NCBI GenBank assembly: GCA_037440825.1
Contig: JBBITJ010000005.1
Span: forward strand, 1 to 49,261
Source of the DNA: Candidatus Micrarchaeota archaeon
GTDB lineage: Archaea; Micrarchaeota; Micrarchaeia; Anstonellales; Bilamarchaeaceae
Length of the DNA: 49,261 nucleotides
Direction: 5' to 3'
Shown here: in pieces, positions 1 through 8,996 of the stretch
How positions within the stretch are numbered: position 1 is the stretch's first letter
How the letters are laid out: every line of letters begins with the position of its first letter
Position numbers and translations under genes: made by a program
The notes under the pieces: model-generated
Databases searched by the model: none
What the model was told of the DNA's origin: nothing
Seen by the model: the letters and a program-made list of their open reading frames with translations, nothing else

Positions 1-830
1 TGGACCACAAGCGAAAGGTCTGCGACGTAGTCCTGGCCGCCGGAGAAGCTCATGTTGTAGAGCTTGTCAGCTATCGCGCTGTTGTTGTTCAGCGAGATTA
101 TCGGCACTGTCTGGTATGCGGTGTTGTTCAGGAACGAGGATGCGGAGTTCTGGGCTGATTCGAGCTCCGCTGCTGGGAGCGGGAACATGAGGAGCATGAG
201 CGGATAGAATATGATGAACGAGATGGAGCATGCGATCAGGAAAGCGCCGAACCTGCGCGAGAGGAAGAAGCTCCTGAGCACGAGCCCTGCGCCGAAAACC
301 ACGCCGAACCAGTTCGAGGAAGCGAAGGAAAGGAGCTGGGCGTTGAGGGCCAAGGCGAACGCTGATGACTGAAAAGAATAGAGGGAATTGGAAAGCTCTG
401 CTGAAACGCCGTCGAGGTTTGCGAGCGGCTGTATCGAGAAGTTGCCGAAATCCATGGAAAGCGTGCGGTAGTAGCCGACGTTGCTTTGCACGCGCACCAC
501 GTCCTGCGAGAGACTGAAGGACTGCTGGGATGTGTGGTTTATGGTGCAGAGCGCGTAGTCCGCAGGAGAGGTGTTGGCAGTGCAGTTCAATCCCGCGACC
601 TCTGAAGGCGCGAGTTCGGTTCCGACCTCGAGCACCAATAGGGAGAGCCCTACGGAAAAGCCGAGTATCGCCGCGTTTACCACGGATTGCACGAGCTCTT
701 CGGTGCCGAACCGCTCAAGCTTCTTCAATGAGAAGGCGCGACCCAGCCCTAGCGCGATTCCGCCGATTATGATGGAGATTATTATTGCCGTGCCTGTTAT
801 ACCCTGCCAGCCGGAGAGGAGTTCGGCCAT
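1..830 (-). CDS. Polytopic membrane protein, VirB6/CedA-like (partial, runs off left edge)
   Basis: Manually translated from ATG at 830: MAELLSGWQGITGTAIIISIIIGGIALGLGRAFSLKKLERFGTEELVQSVVNAAILG...GLVLRSFFLSRRFGAFLIACSISFIIFYPLML. Multiple TM helices; directly downstream of a pilin-like gene. Not in the ORF track. Confidence 0.6.
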   Translation of the reverse strand, partial: MAELLSGWQGITGTAIIISIIIGGIALGLGRAFSLKKLERFGTEELVQSVVNAAILGFSVGLSLLVLEVGTELAPSEVAGLNCTANTSPADYALCTINHTSQQSFSLSQDVVRVQSNVGYYRTLSMDFGNFSIQPLANLDGVSAELSNSLYSFQSSAFALALNAQLLSFASSNWFGVVFGAGLVLRSFFLSRRFGAFLIACSISFIIFYPLMLLMFPLPAAELESAQNSASSFLNNTAYQTVPIISLNNNSAIADKLYNMSFSGGQDYVADLSLVV

Positions 831-843
831 AATGCTCCCTGGA

Positions 844-1086
844 TCACGTCAGGATGCCTTGGGACGTGCTTGCTATGGCAGGCGCTGCAACTGAAATGGC
901 CGCGATTATCACGCCGCCTATGAACATGCTCACTGCGGCAGTGGTGTATTTGCCGCGCGCCTCCGCTGGCTGCATCTGCGCGAAGCCGTAGATTATGCCG
1001 CTGAGTATGATCAGGATGACGGAAAGCGTGGGTGCTATGCTGCTCAACGAACCTTGTATCCCTTCAAGGATTGTCTGCAGAGCCAT
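844..1086 (-). CDS. Small two-helix hydrophobic protein, TrbC/VirB2-like pilin
   Basis: 80 aa from ATG 1086: MALQTILEGIQGSLSSIAPTLSVILIILSGIIYGFAQMQPAEARGKYTTAAVSMFIGGVIIAAISVAAPAI. Hydrophobic hairpin with a short charged loop; TATA-like TTTATAAA at 1108-1115. Confidence 0.6.
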   Translation of the reverse strand: MALQTILEGIQGSLSSIAPTLSVILIILSGIIYGFAQMQPAEARGKYTTAAVSMFIGGVIIAAISVAAPAIASTSQGILT

Positions 1087-1201
1087 GGTTTCTATTCTGA
1101 AAAGCGGTTTATAAATATGAGGGTAACGAGGGGAAGAAAAACATATATATAGATTATTGGCGACTAAATATACAAGTGGTTGTGTGGAAAGGCAGTACAC
1201 G

Positions 1202-1659
1202 ATGCTTTATATCGATTACGGGGGCAACGCGGAATTCCTTGAAATAGTCGCGGTTCCGGAAATGAAGAAGGTACTGGAAGTTAAGTTCGGGTTCGTGGAG
1301 GGAGCCGACGCAGGCGTGCGGACGCTGAAGTCCGCGGAAGCGGGGAAGTACGATATGGTGGTCTGCACCACGAGCAAGATAAACAACGGGGGGTGAGCCC
1401 GCAGGAGGTGTTCAGGGCGGCGCTCGAGAACAACAAGGCGTGCACGCTTGTCATCATGTCCAGGGACCCGCGGATGAGGGAGGAATTCCGCGAATTCCGA
1501 GGAAAGGACCTGAAGGAGCTTGCCGAGATAGCCGCTAAAAAGAGGATGGAAATGGACGGCGCTCCTTCGCCCTCGCGCCTCAGGGACGACATTCGCGCTA
1601 TGGAAGCCATCGACAGGACTTTCAAGAGGGTTGCGGAAAGGAAGAGATTCGTGCTGTAG
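1202..1659 (+). pseudogene. Degenerate CheY/receiver-like protein split at a G6 run (or two coupled small ORFs, 1202-1396 and 1393-1659)
   Basis: Joined ORFs give a receiver-like pattern: LYIDY...YDMVVCT...GG/VSPQEVF...TLVIMSRD. The frame changes at GGGGGG (1388-1393). Confidence 0.4.
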
Positions 1660-1708
1660 CGATCCGACCTTATCAAAATATAAAAAGGTTCGCGCACCTC
1701 TCTATTCC

Positions 1709-2482
1709 ATGCGAATACGCCTCAGGATCGGAAAAAGCGTGCACGAGAACGCAGGGGCGTATTACGACGAGGCGAAGGAGGCGAGAGAGAAGGTGAAGGG
1801 CGCGGAGAAGGCCATAGACGAGACCCGGTCGGAGATAGCTAAGGCCGAGAAGGAAGAGGCCGCGGAAGAGAGGAGGAGGGCGTCGGAGACCAAGGTCGTA
1901 AGGAAGAAGGCGTGGTACGAGAAATTCCATTATTTCTTCACTTCGGAAGGGAAGCTTGTTGTCGGAGGGCGGAGCGCAGACCAGAACGATTTCGTGTGCA
2001 AGAATTATTTGGAAGAGGATGACTTGTTTTTCCACGCTGACATACAGGGCGGCAGCGCGTGCATATTGAAAGGCGGAATCGGCGCTTCCGAGAATGAGCT
2101 GGAGGAGACCGCGCAGTTCGCCGCGTCTTTCTCCAACGCGTGGAAGAACGGGAACGCGGCTGTTGATGTCTATTGCGTCGGCAAGGGGCAAGTGTCCAAG
2201 CACGCGACGGGCGGATTCATTGCCAGGGGGGCATTTGCGATTGTGGGCGAGAGGAAGTGGTTTAGGAAGGTGGAGCTGAAATTGAAAGTTGGGATTGAGA
2301 ATGGGATTGCGACGGTCCTGCCTGCGAAGTGCGGACGGAAGATGGATAAGGAAGTGGCGATCGTGCCGGGGACGCACGAGAAGGGGGAAATCGTGAAGAG
2401 GCTGGCGAAGATGTTCGGGGTGCATCCGGACGAGGTGCAGAACATACTCCCTGCCGGAAGGATAAGCGTAGCGAAGCAGTAG
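1709..2482 (+). CDS. NFACT-R (DUF814) domain protein, C-terminal half of Rqc2/NEMF-like factor
   Basis: ENAGAYYDEAK coiled coil, WYEKFHYFFTSEGKLVVGGRSADQND, FFHADIQGG, GAFAIVGERKWF. Confidence 0.85.
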   Translation: MRIRLRIGKSVHENAGAYYDEAKEAREKVKGAEKAIDETRSEIAKAEKEEAAEERRRASETKVVRKKAWYEKFHYFFTSEGKLVVGGRSADQNDFVCKNYLEEDDLFFHADIQGGSACILKGGIGASENELEETAQFAASFSNAWKNGNAAVDVYCVGKGQVSKHATGGFIARGAFAIVGERKWFRKVELKLKVGIENGIATVLPAKCGRKMDKEVAIVPGTHEKGEIVKRLAKMFGVHPDEVQNILPAGRISVAKQ

Positions 2483-2484
2483 TT

Positions 2485-2500
2485 TGTAACTATAAGTACA
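2485..2500. promoter_or_regulatory. Imperfect copy of 16-bp palindrome (TGTAACTATAAGTACA) upstream of purL
   Basis: 14/16 match to TGTAACTATAGTTACA; about 26 bp upstream of TATA box TTTATATAAA (2527-2536). Confidence 0.6.
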
Positions 2501-2585
2501 ATGCGGCTTGGCTTGTTCTTGCGCTATTTATATAAATCTTGGATTACATCCTAATCTAATCTCATAAAGGTCGGCGGGTTTCAGG

Positions 2586-5260
2586 ATGGCCAAGCGAATT
2601 GAAGTGAAATTCAAGGACGAGATCAAGGACCCCAGGGGCGAACGTTTGGCCGCGCTGCTGCGCACCGAATTCAAGGCAAAGGTCTCCAAGGTCGCGGTCA
2701 TAGACGCCTTCAGCATGGACGCGGACCTGGACGAAAGGGAGCTGGAGTTTCTGGGCATGGAGGTGTTCAGCGACAAGGTCGTGCAGGAATACTCCTACAT
2801 GAAGCCACTCGGCCGGGGCTGGCGGGTGGAGATAGGCTACCGGCCGGGAGTGACCGACAATGTGGGCAAGACAGGAAAGGATGCGATAGGGGACGCGCTC
2901 GGCAAGGAAGTTGATGTATATTCCAGCATGGTGTACGCGATAGACGGCGACATCGATGAAGAGGTCTGCGGCGAATTCGGGAAGAGGCTGGCGAACGAGC
3001 TCATACAGAGCATAAAGGTGAGCGCCCCAGATGCGCCGGAAGCCGAGACGTTCGCGCCCAACATACCCAAAGTGGTCCTGAAGCAGGAGGTAGTTGTGGA
3101 GAAGGTGAAGCTCCCTGCTGACGAGGAGAAGCTGGAGCAACTATCCAGGAGCAGGCTGCTCGCGCTCTCCGTGGCCGAGATGAAGGCGATCAGGAAATAC
3201 ATCACGTCCAAGAAGATTGTGGAGCAGAGGGCCGCGCAGGGGCTTTCCGACGAGATCACTGATGTGGAATTGGAAGTGATAGCGCAGACATGGAGCGAGC
3301 ACTGCAAGCACAAGATATTCAACGCCGAGATAAATTACAGCGAGGGCGAGGACAACTACAATGTCGATTCATTGTTCAAGACGTTCATACGCGGAGCCAC
3401 GGAGATGCTCAAGAAGCCGTACGTGGTTTCCGCGTTCAAGGACAACGGCGGCATAATCAAGTTCAGCCCTGCGTACGACATAGCTGTGAAGGTGGAGACG
3501 CACAACGCGCCGAGCGCAATAGACCCGTACGGAGGCGCGCTTACCGGAATATTGGGCGTGAACAGGGATATATTGGGAACTGGGATGGGAGCATACCCGA
3601 TAGCGAATGTTGACATGCTGTGCTTCGGGCCGCTGGATGCGGTTGAATCCGGAGCCGAAGACTTGAAACCCGGATGCGCGGTTGTGCCCCAAGGCGTGCT
3701 TCACCCGCGCAGGATATACGAAGGTGTGGTGGAGGGGATAAAAGACGGCGGCAACAAGAGCGGCATCCCCACAGTGAACGGCTCATTCACTTTCGAGCCC
3801 GGATTCGTGGCGAGGCCCGTGATATACTGCGGAACCGTAGGGATTATGCCTTCGGAAATAAAGGGGCGCAAGACTTCGGAGAAGAAAATTGAGCCAGGAT
3901 ACCTCGCGGTGATGGTTGGGGGCAGGGTAGGCAAAGACGGCATACACGGCGCGACTTTCTCCTCGCAGCAGCTCGAGAACAACATACCCACGAGCGTGGT
4001 GCAGATAGGAGACCCGATAACGCAGAAGAAGGCGATCGATTTCATAATGGAGGCGAGGGACGAGCTCCTTTACGAGGCAATAACAGACAACGGCGCAGGC
4101 GGCCTCTCGTCGAGCATAGGCGAGATGGCGGAGCAGAGCAACGGCTGCGAGATATGGCTTGATGCGGTTCCGCTCAAATATCCTGGGCTCCAGCCCTGGG
4201 AAATACTCGTTTCGGAGAGCCAGGAGCGCATGACGCTCGCTGTGAAGAAGGAGAATATGGAGCGGCTGGAGGAGCTCGCGAAAAAGCACGAAGTCGAGAT
4301 AACCGCAGTGGGCAAGTTCACTGACAGCGGCAAGCTGCACGCCCTCTACGAGGGCAAGACGGTCGCGTACCTAGACCTGGATTTCCTCCACCACCCGCCG
4401 AGGCTCAAGCTGGCTGCGAAATGGCAGAGGAAGACTTTTCCCGAGCCTAATATCAGGGAACGCGACCTTTCCGCTGCGCTGAAAAGGCTGCTGGCCTCGC
4501 CTAACATAGCATCCAAGGAGCACACGATAAGGCGCTACGACCACGAGGTGCAGGGCAAGAGCGTGATAAAGCCGCTCATGGGCAACAACGCGCCCTGCGA
4601 CGCAGCTGTCATAAAGCCGGATTTCGCGAGCTGGGAAGGACTGGTGGTGTCGCACGGCATCTGCCCGAAGTACGTCCAGGACAGCTACGACATGGCCANN
4701 NNNNNNNNNNNNNNNNNNNNNNNNNNNNNNNNNNNNNNNNNNNNNNNNNNNNNNNNNNNNNNNNNNNNNNNNNNNNNNNNNNNNNNNNNNNNNNNNNNGA
4801 GCTCGGGGGGAGCGAATACTACCGATTGTTCGGTGGAGTAGGGAACAGGAACCCCAAGGTGCACGTGGACGAGACGCTGCCGCTCTACCGCGCGTTCTCC
4901 GCTGCTTGCGAAATGAAGCTGGTGAAATCCGCGCACGATATATCGGACGGCGGGCTCGCTGTCGCGCTCGCTGAATCCAGCTTCCCGTCAGGCAAGGGTG
5001 TTGAAATAGACATACTCAAGGTGCCTGCGGAAACGCAGAACGAGGACGCTGTCCTGTTCTCGGAATCAGGAGGCAGGTTCGTGGTGAGTGTGGCGGAGAA
5101 GGACACGCAGAAATTCGAGAAGGTGATGGACGGGACTGTTTTTGCGCGTGTAGGCAGGGTGCGCGGGGACAAAAGATTCGTGGTGAAGAAAGGCGATGCG
5201 GTGCTCATTAACGAAAACACGCGCGACCTCAAGGCCATCTGGAACGGTGTGAAGATATGA
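2586..5260 (+). CDS. purL: Phosphoribosylformylglycinamidine synthase PurL with N-terminal PurS-like domains (interrupted by gap 4699-4798)
   Basis: AQTWSEHCKHKIF, KVETHNAPSAIDPYGGALTG, DNGAGGL, SESQERM, SAHDISDGGL. N-terminal DPRG and YRPGVTDNVG resemble PurS repeats. Confidence 0.95.
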
Positions 5261-6045
5261 GCGGAAAGGCGAAGGCTGCGGTGCTTACCGGATACGGAAT
5301 AAATGCGGACTACGAGCTCGAGCACGCGCTGGCAGCCTCTGGTGCGGAAGCCAAGAGGCTGCATATAAACGAGCTCATCAACAACCCTGCGCTGCTCGAC
5401 GACTACAACCTGCTGGCTTTCCCCGGCGGATTCTCCTACGGCGACGATTTGGGAAGCGGAAAGGTGGTCGCGAACAAGTTCAGGTTCAAGCTCAAAGACA
5501 AGGTCATGGATTTCGTGAAGCAGGGCAAGCTCGTGATAGGCATCTGCAACGGGTTCCAGGTGATAGCCAAGATGGGGCTGCTGCCTTACAACGACTTCGA
5601 GCAGAAGGTGACACTCACGTTCAACGATTCCGGGAAGTTCGAGGACAGGTGGGTGTACGTAAAAATAAACTGCAGGTCGCCGTGCGTGTTCACGAAGGGC
5701 ATAGACGGGCTCATGCTGCCCGTACGGCACGGGGAAGGCAAGTTCGTCGCTCCAGGAAGCGTGCTCAAGGACCTCTCGGATAAAAGCATGATAGCCATGC
5801 AGTACGTGAACGAGAAGGACGAGTTCGCGGGCTACCCGTACAACCCGAACGGCTCGGTGCTTAACATAGCTGGCATATGCAACGAGCAGGGCAACGTGTT
5901 CGGGCTCATGCCCCACCCGGAAGCGTACAACATAATGGCGAACAACCCCTACTGGCCCAACGTGAAGGATAGGATAAAGGACTGGAAGGGCTCCGGCATG
6001 AAGATTTTCGAGAACGCCGTGGCCTATCTGAACGAAAAGTTCTGA
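5257..6045 (+). CDS. purQ: FGAM synthase glutaminase subunit PurQ
   Basis: PGGFSYGDDL, GICNGFQV, GLMPHPE; ATGA overlap with purL. Confidence 0.97.
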   Translation: MSGKAKAAVLTGYGINADYELEHALAASGAEAKRLHINELINNPALLDDYNLLAFPGGFSYGDDLGSGKVVANKFRFKLKDKVMDFVKQGKLVIGICNGFQVIAKMGLLPYNDFEQKVTLTFNDSGKFEDRWVYVKINCRSPCVFTKGIDGLMLPVRHGEGKFVAPGSVLKDLSDKSMIAMQYVNEKDEFAGYPYNPNGSVLNIAGICNEQGNVFGLMPHPEAYNIMANNPYWPNVKDRIKDWKGSGMKIFENAVAYLNEKF

Positions 6046-6067
6046 TTCCCCGCCTTCTTTTTTGCGC

Positions 6068-7471
6068 TCAGGCGAACGAAGAAACGAGCAGCAGGGCGGA
6101 AAAAAGCCATATGTAGGAATCCACGACATCTTCCTTCTTAGTTTTCGCGAGGAACAGCATAAACGCCGAGCCGAGCATGAATGCGGCTGCCGCGCCTATT
6201 GAAAGTGGCGAGGAAGCGCCTTTTTCGAACAGCACGAACAGCGGCGGAACTGTGATAAGAAGCACGCGGAAAGCAGACCAGAACGCCTCTTTGGGTTTTC
6301 CTTCAAGCACGGTGAATATCGTGTTGATTCCTGCCTTGCGGTCCCCTGGCTCGTCCTTGTAGTCCTTCACCATCACCCCGCCTGTGAAAACTATGAAGCA
6401 TGCGGCTGCGGGAAGGAGGAGCGGCTGCTGTGGAAGCACTGCTGCAGGATAAGATATGAAGCACAGGGTGAAAACCGCCCCTTCCAGGATGTATGCTGCC
6501 GGGAAATGCCTCTTGACCTTGATCGGGCTGCTGTATGCGAACGCGAGCGCGGCCATCGCAATAGGGGTAAATGAGAACAATGACGAATTGGAGATTAGCA
6601 CGAACGCTGATGCTGCGGCCCAAATGAAAATGATTGATGCCCATGCGAACGGTCCGGGGTGCGGAGTACGCCTGCGGTTTTCCTTGTCCTCAACCTCGTC
6701 GCCTTTCGAGTTGAGCATGTACGCGATGGCTGCTGCGGAAACGTTGGCCACAAGAAGCGGAAGCGCGGCAGGCAGCGGAACCGCGAACGAGGAGATCGAA
6801 AAAATGGAAAGCGAAAGGAAGAGGAGTATCCTGGAGCCGCGGTAGGACATGAATCTGCTGAACGAATCGTCCACGTATGCGAGCGGGATGAGCATCATGG
6901 CTAACCGGGTTGGAATGAGGATTAGCCCGTCCATCGTCGCTGCGAGCCGCTGCTCGAGGATGAATGAGATCATAGGGTGGATGGAACCGAAAACCTGCAG
7001 GACTGCCCATGCGAAAATCGCGGCGTATGCTGCGAACGCCGCGCTTTTCCTGCTGAGCGCTACGTATGCGGCGAAGATGATGATGGCGCCATACACTGCG
7101 AAAAGCTCTCCTGCAGTGATGCCCTTGACCATGAAGAGCAGGTGTGGAATCGGGTAAAAATACCTCGGGGATTCGTAAATAAATACGTCCAATATTGGAG
7201 GAAGGAAGGCGAGCACGAAGCCCAGTGCTATCGGCGCCGCAGAAATGCGGCGCAGGAAGAGCTTCTGGCCTGCGAGGAAGCATAGCAGCAGGAACGCGTA
7301 GAATGTGATGGAATCCAAGAGGTGGCGCAGGTTCTCGCCCAGCGGCGGAGTCGTACCAGTGACTGCGAGTTCGAGCAGGTGGCGCACCACACCTGTAAAG
7401 GCGGCTGCCAGGAGCGCGTGCGCCGGCGAAACCGGGAATTTTTCCAGCTTTTCCACAAAAGAGCGAGGCAT
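6068..7471 (-). CDS. Polytopic membrane protein with C-terminal UbiA prenyltransferase domain
   Basis: NSKGDEVEDKENRRRTP and KDYKDEPGDRKAGINTI Asp-rich motifs; many TM helices. Confidence 0.7.
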   Translation of the reverse strand: MPRSFVEKLEKFPVSPAHALLAAAFTGVVRHLLELAVTGTTPPLGENLRHLLDSITFYAFLLLCFLAGQKLFLRRISAAPIALGFVLAFLPPILDVFIYESPRYFYPIPHLLFMVKGITAGELFAVYGAIIIFAAYVALSRKSAAFAAYAAIFAWAVLQVFGSIHPMISFILEQRLAATMDGLILIPTRLAMMLIPLAYVDDSFSRFMSYRGSRILLFLSLSIFSISSFAVPLPAALPLLVANVSAAAIAYMLNSKGDEVEDKENRRRTPHPGPFAWASIIFIWAAASAFVLISNSSLFSFTPIAMAALAFAYSSPIKVKRHFPAAYILEGAVFTLCFISYPAAVLPQQPLLLPAAACFIVFTGGVMVKDYKDEPGDRKAGINTIFTVLEGKPKEAFWSAFRVLLITVPPLFVLFEKGASSPLSIGAAAAFMLGSAFMLFLAKTKKEDVVDSYIWLFSALLLVSSFA

Positions 7472-7514
7472 GGAGCAATAACCGCATCATTAGTTTAAAG
7501 GGCTGCGGACAATA

Positions 7515-7530
7515 TGTAACTATAGTTACA
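7515..7530. promoter_or_regulatory. Perfect 16-bp palindrome TGTAACTATAGTTACA between divergent ubiA-like and purF promoters
   Basis: Seen directly; flanked by TATA-like TTTAAA (7494-7499) and TTTTAAA (7566-7572). Confidence 0.7.
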
Positions 7531-7592
7531 ACAGCACGGCGGTCCTTGCGCTGCGACGCTAATCATTTTAAACAAGTTTGTGAAAATAAGTT

Positions 7593-8990
7593 ATGGATAC
7601 CAGCCCTAATTGTAGCTTTTTCAGAGATGAGGAGAAGGTCGAGCACTGCGGAGTAGTAGGGGTTTGCTCCAAGAAGGCGAAGAAGGTGGCACCTGCGATC
7701 TACCGCGGCATGGTGGGGCTCCAGCACAGAGGGCAGGACGCAGCAGGACTCGTGGTGTGGAACGAAGGGTTTGTGGAAAAGAAAGGTATAGGCCTGGTTT
7801 TGGATATATTCAAGAATGGAGATGCGGACATCGACGGAAAGGTCGGCGTGGGCCACACCAGATACCCGACAACCGGGATGTGCCTGATAAGCGACGTCCA
7901 GCCATTCAGTGGTATAAATATATCGGTTTCGCACAACGGTCAGGTCTCCAATTACAAAGACGTCCGCAAGGCGCTAGAGAAAAGGGGCTTCAAATTCACA
8001 TCCACTGTAGATTCGGAAGTAGTGGTATACCTGCTGCACGAGAAGCTCAACGAAGGCAAGTCGATAGAGGACGCAGTGAAGGCGGTCATGTTGTTGCTTG
8101 ACGGCGGTTATTCCATCACCGCGCTCGTGGGTGGCACGCTGATCGCGTTCAAGGACCCGAACGGCATAAAGCCGCTCGTGTGGGGTGAAAACGATGAATT
8201 GATAATGTTCGCTTCCGAGACCGTGGCTCTGGACGCAAACGGCGTCCCGTTCAAGGGCGACCTCAAGGGAGGCGAACTCGCGATAGTGCGCGACGGGAAA
8301 ATCGAGATCAAGAAGCTCGTGGATGCGAAGCCGGCCGCATGCATGTTCGAATATGTATATTTCTCCAGGCCAGACAGCACGATAAACGGTCGTAGTGTGA
8401 TAGATGTGAGGAAGAACCTCGGCAGGGAACTCGCACGGGAGCATCCTGCGAAAGCCGATGTCGTGATAGAAGTTCCGGACAGCGCGCGCACTGCGGCAGC
8501 CTCGTACGCCGACGCGCTTGGCATCCCACACGACGAAGGGCTGATAAAGAACCGGTATGTGGGAAGGACGTTCATAATGCCGAGCCAGCAGAAGAGGGTG
8601 GATGCTGTGCGGATGAAGCTCAACGCGGTGCGCCAGGTGGTCGCGGGAAAGCGGATCGCGCTCGTGGACGACAGTATAGTGCGCGGCACCACGCTCAAGG
8701 AAATAGTCTCGCTTGTGCGGAACGCCGGAGCGAAGGAGGTGCACGTGCGCATAACCTGCCCGCCCATACGCGCGCCGTGCTTTTACGGCGTGGACATGTC
8801 AACTTACAAGGAACTGGCTGCGCACACCAAATCAATTCCTGAAATAGGGAAGATGATTGGCGCCGACAGCATAGGCTACCTTTCCATGGAAGGGCTCAGG
8901 AAGGCGATCGGAATCCCGATCTGCACCGGCTGCCTTGACGAAGGCTACCCCACCCCTTACGCTAAAAAGCTTGCAGACGAACAGAAATGA
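7593..8990 (+). CDS. purF: Amidophosphoribosyltransferase
   Basis: EHCGVVGV propeptide/Cys, LQHRGQDAAG, GHTRYPT, CMFEYVYFSRPDS, VDDSIVRGTT. Confidence 0.98.
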   Translation: MDTSPNCSFFRDEEKVEHCGVVGVCSKKAKKVAPAIYRGMVGLQHRGQDAAGLVVWNEGFVEKKGIGLVLDIFKNGDADIDGKVGVGHTRYPTTGMCLISDVQPFSGINISVSHNGQVSNYKDVRKALEKRGFKFTSTVDSEVVVYLLHEKLNEGKSIEDAVKAVMLLLDGGYSITALVGGTLIAFKDPNGIKPLVWGENDELIMFASETVALDANGVPFKGDLKGGELAIVRDGKIEIKKLVDAKPAACMFEYVYFSRPDSTINGRSVIDVRKNLGRELAREHPAKADVVIEVPDSARTAAASYADALGIPHDEGLIKNRYVGRTFIMPSQQKRVDAVRMKLNAVRQVVAGKRIALVDDSIVRGTTLKEIVSLVRNAGAKEVHVRITCPPIRAPCFYGVDMSTYKELAAHTKSIPEIGKMIGADSIGYLSMEGLRKAIGIPICTGCLDEGYPTPYAKKLADEQK

Positions 8991-8996
8991 AGTGGT

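Noticed and set aside
4699..4798. Apparent frameshift or split of purL (likewise ino1 and the HEAT/OB gene)
   Set aside because: The frame change is caused by the arbitrary 100-N gap length.
7515..7530. Match of the palindrome to the cyanobacterial NtcA box (GTA-N8-TAC) or the start of the I-CeuI site
   Set aside because: The context is archaeal with no CRP-family gene or rRNA in the window; the resemblance is probably coincidental.
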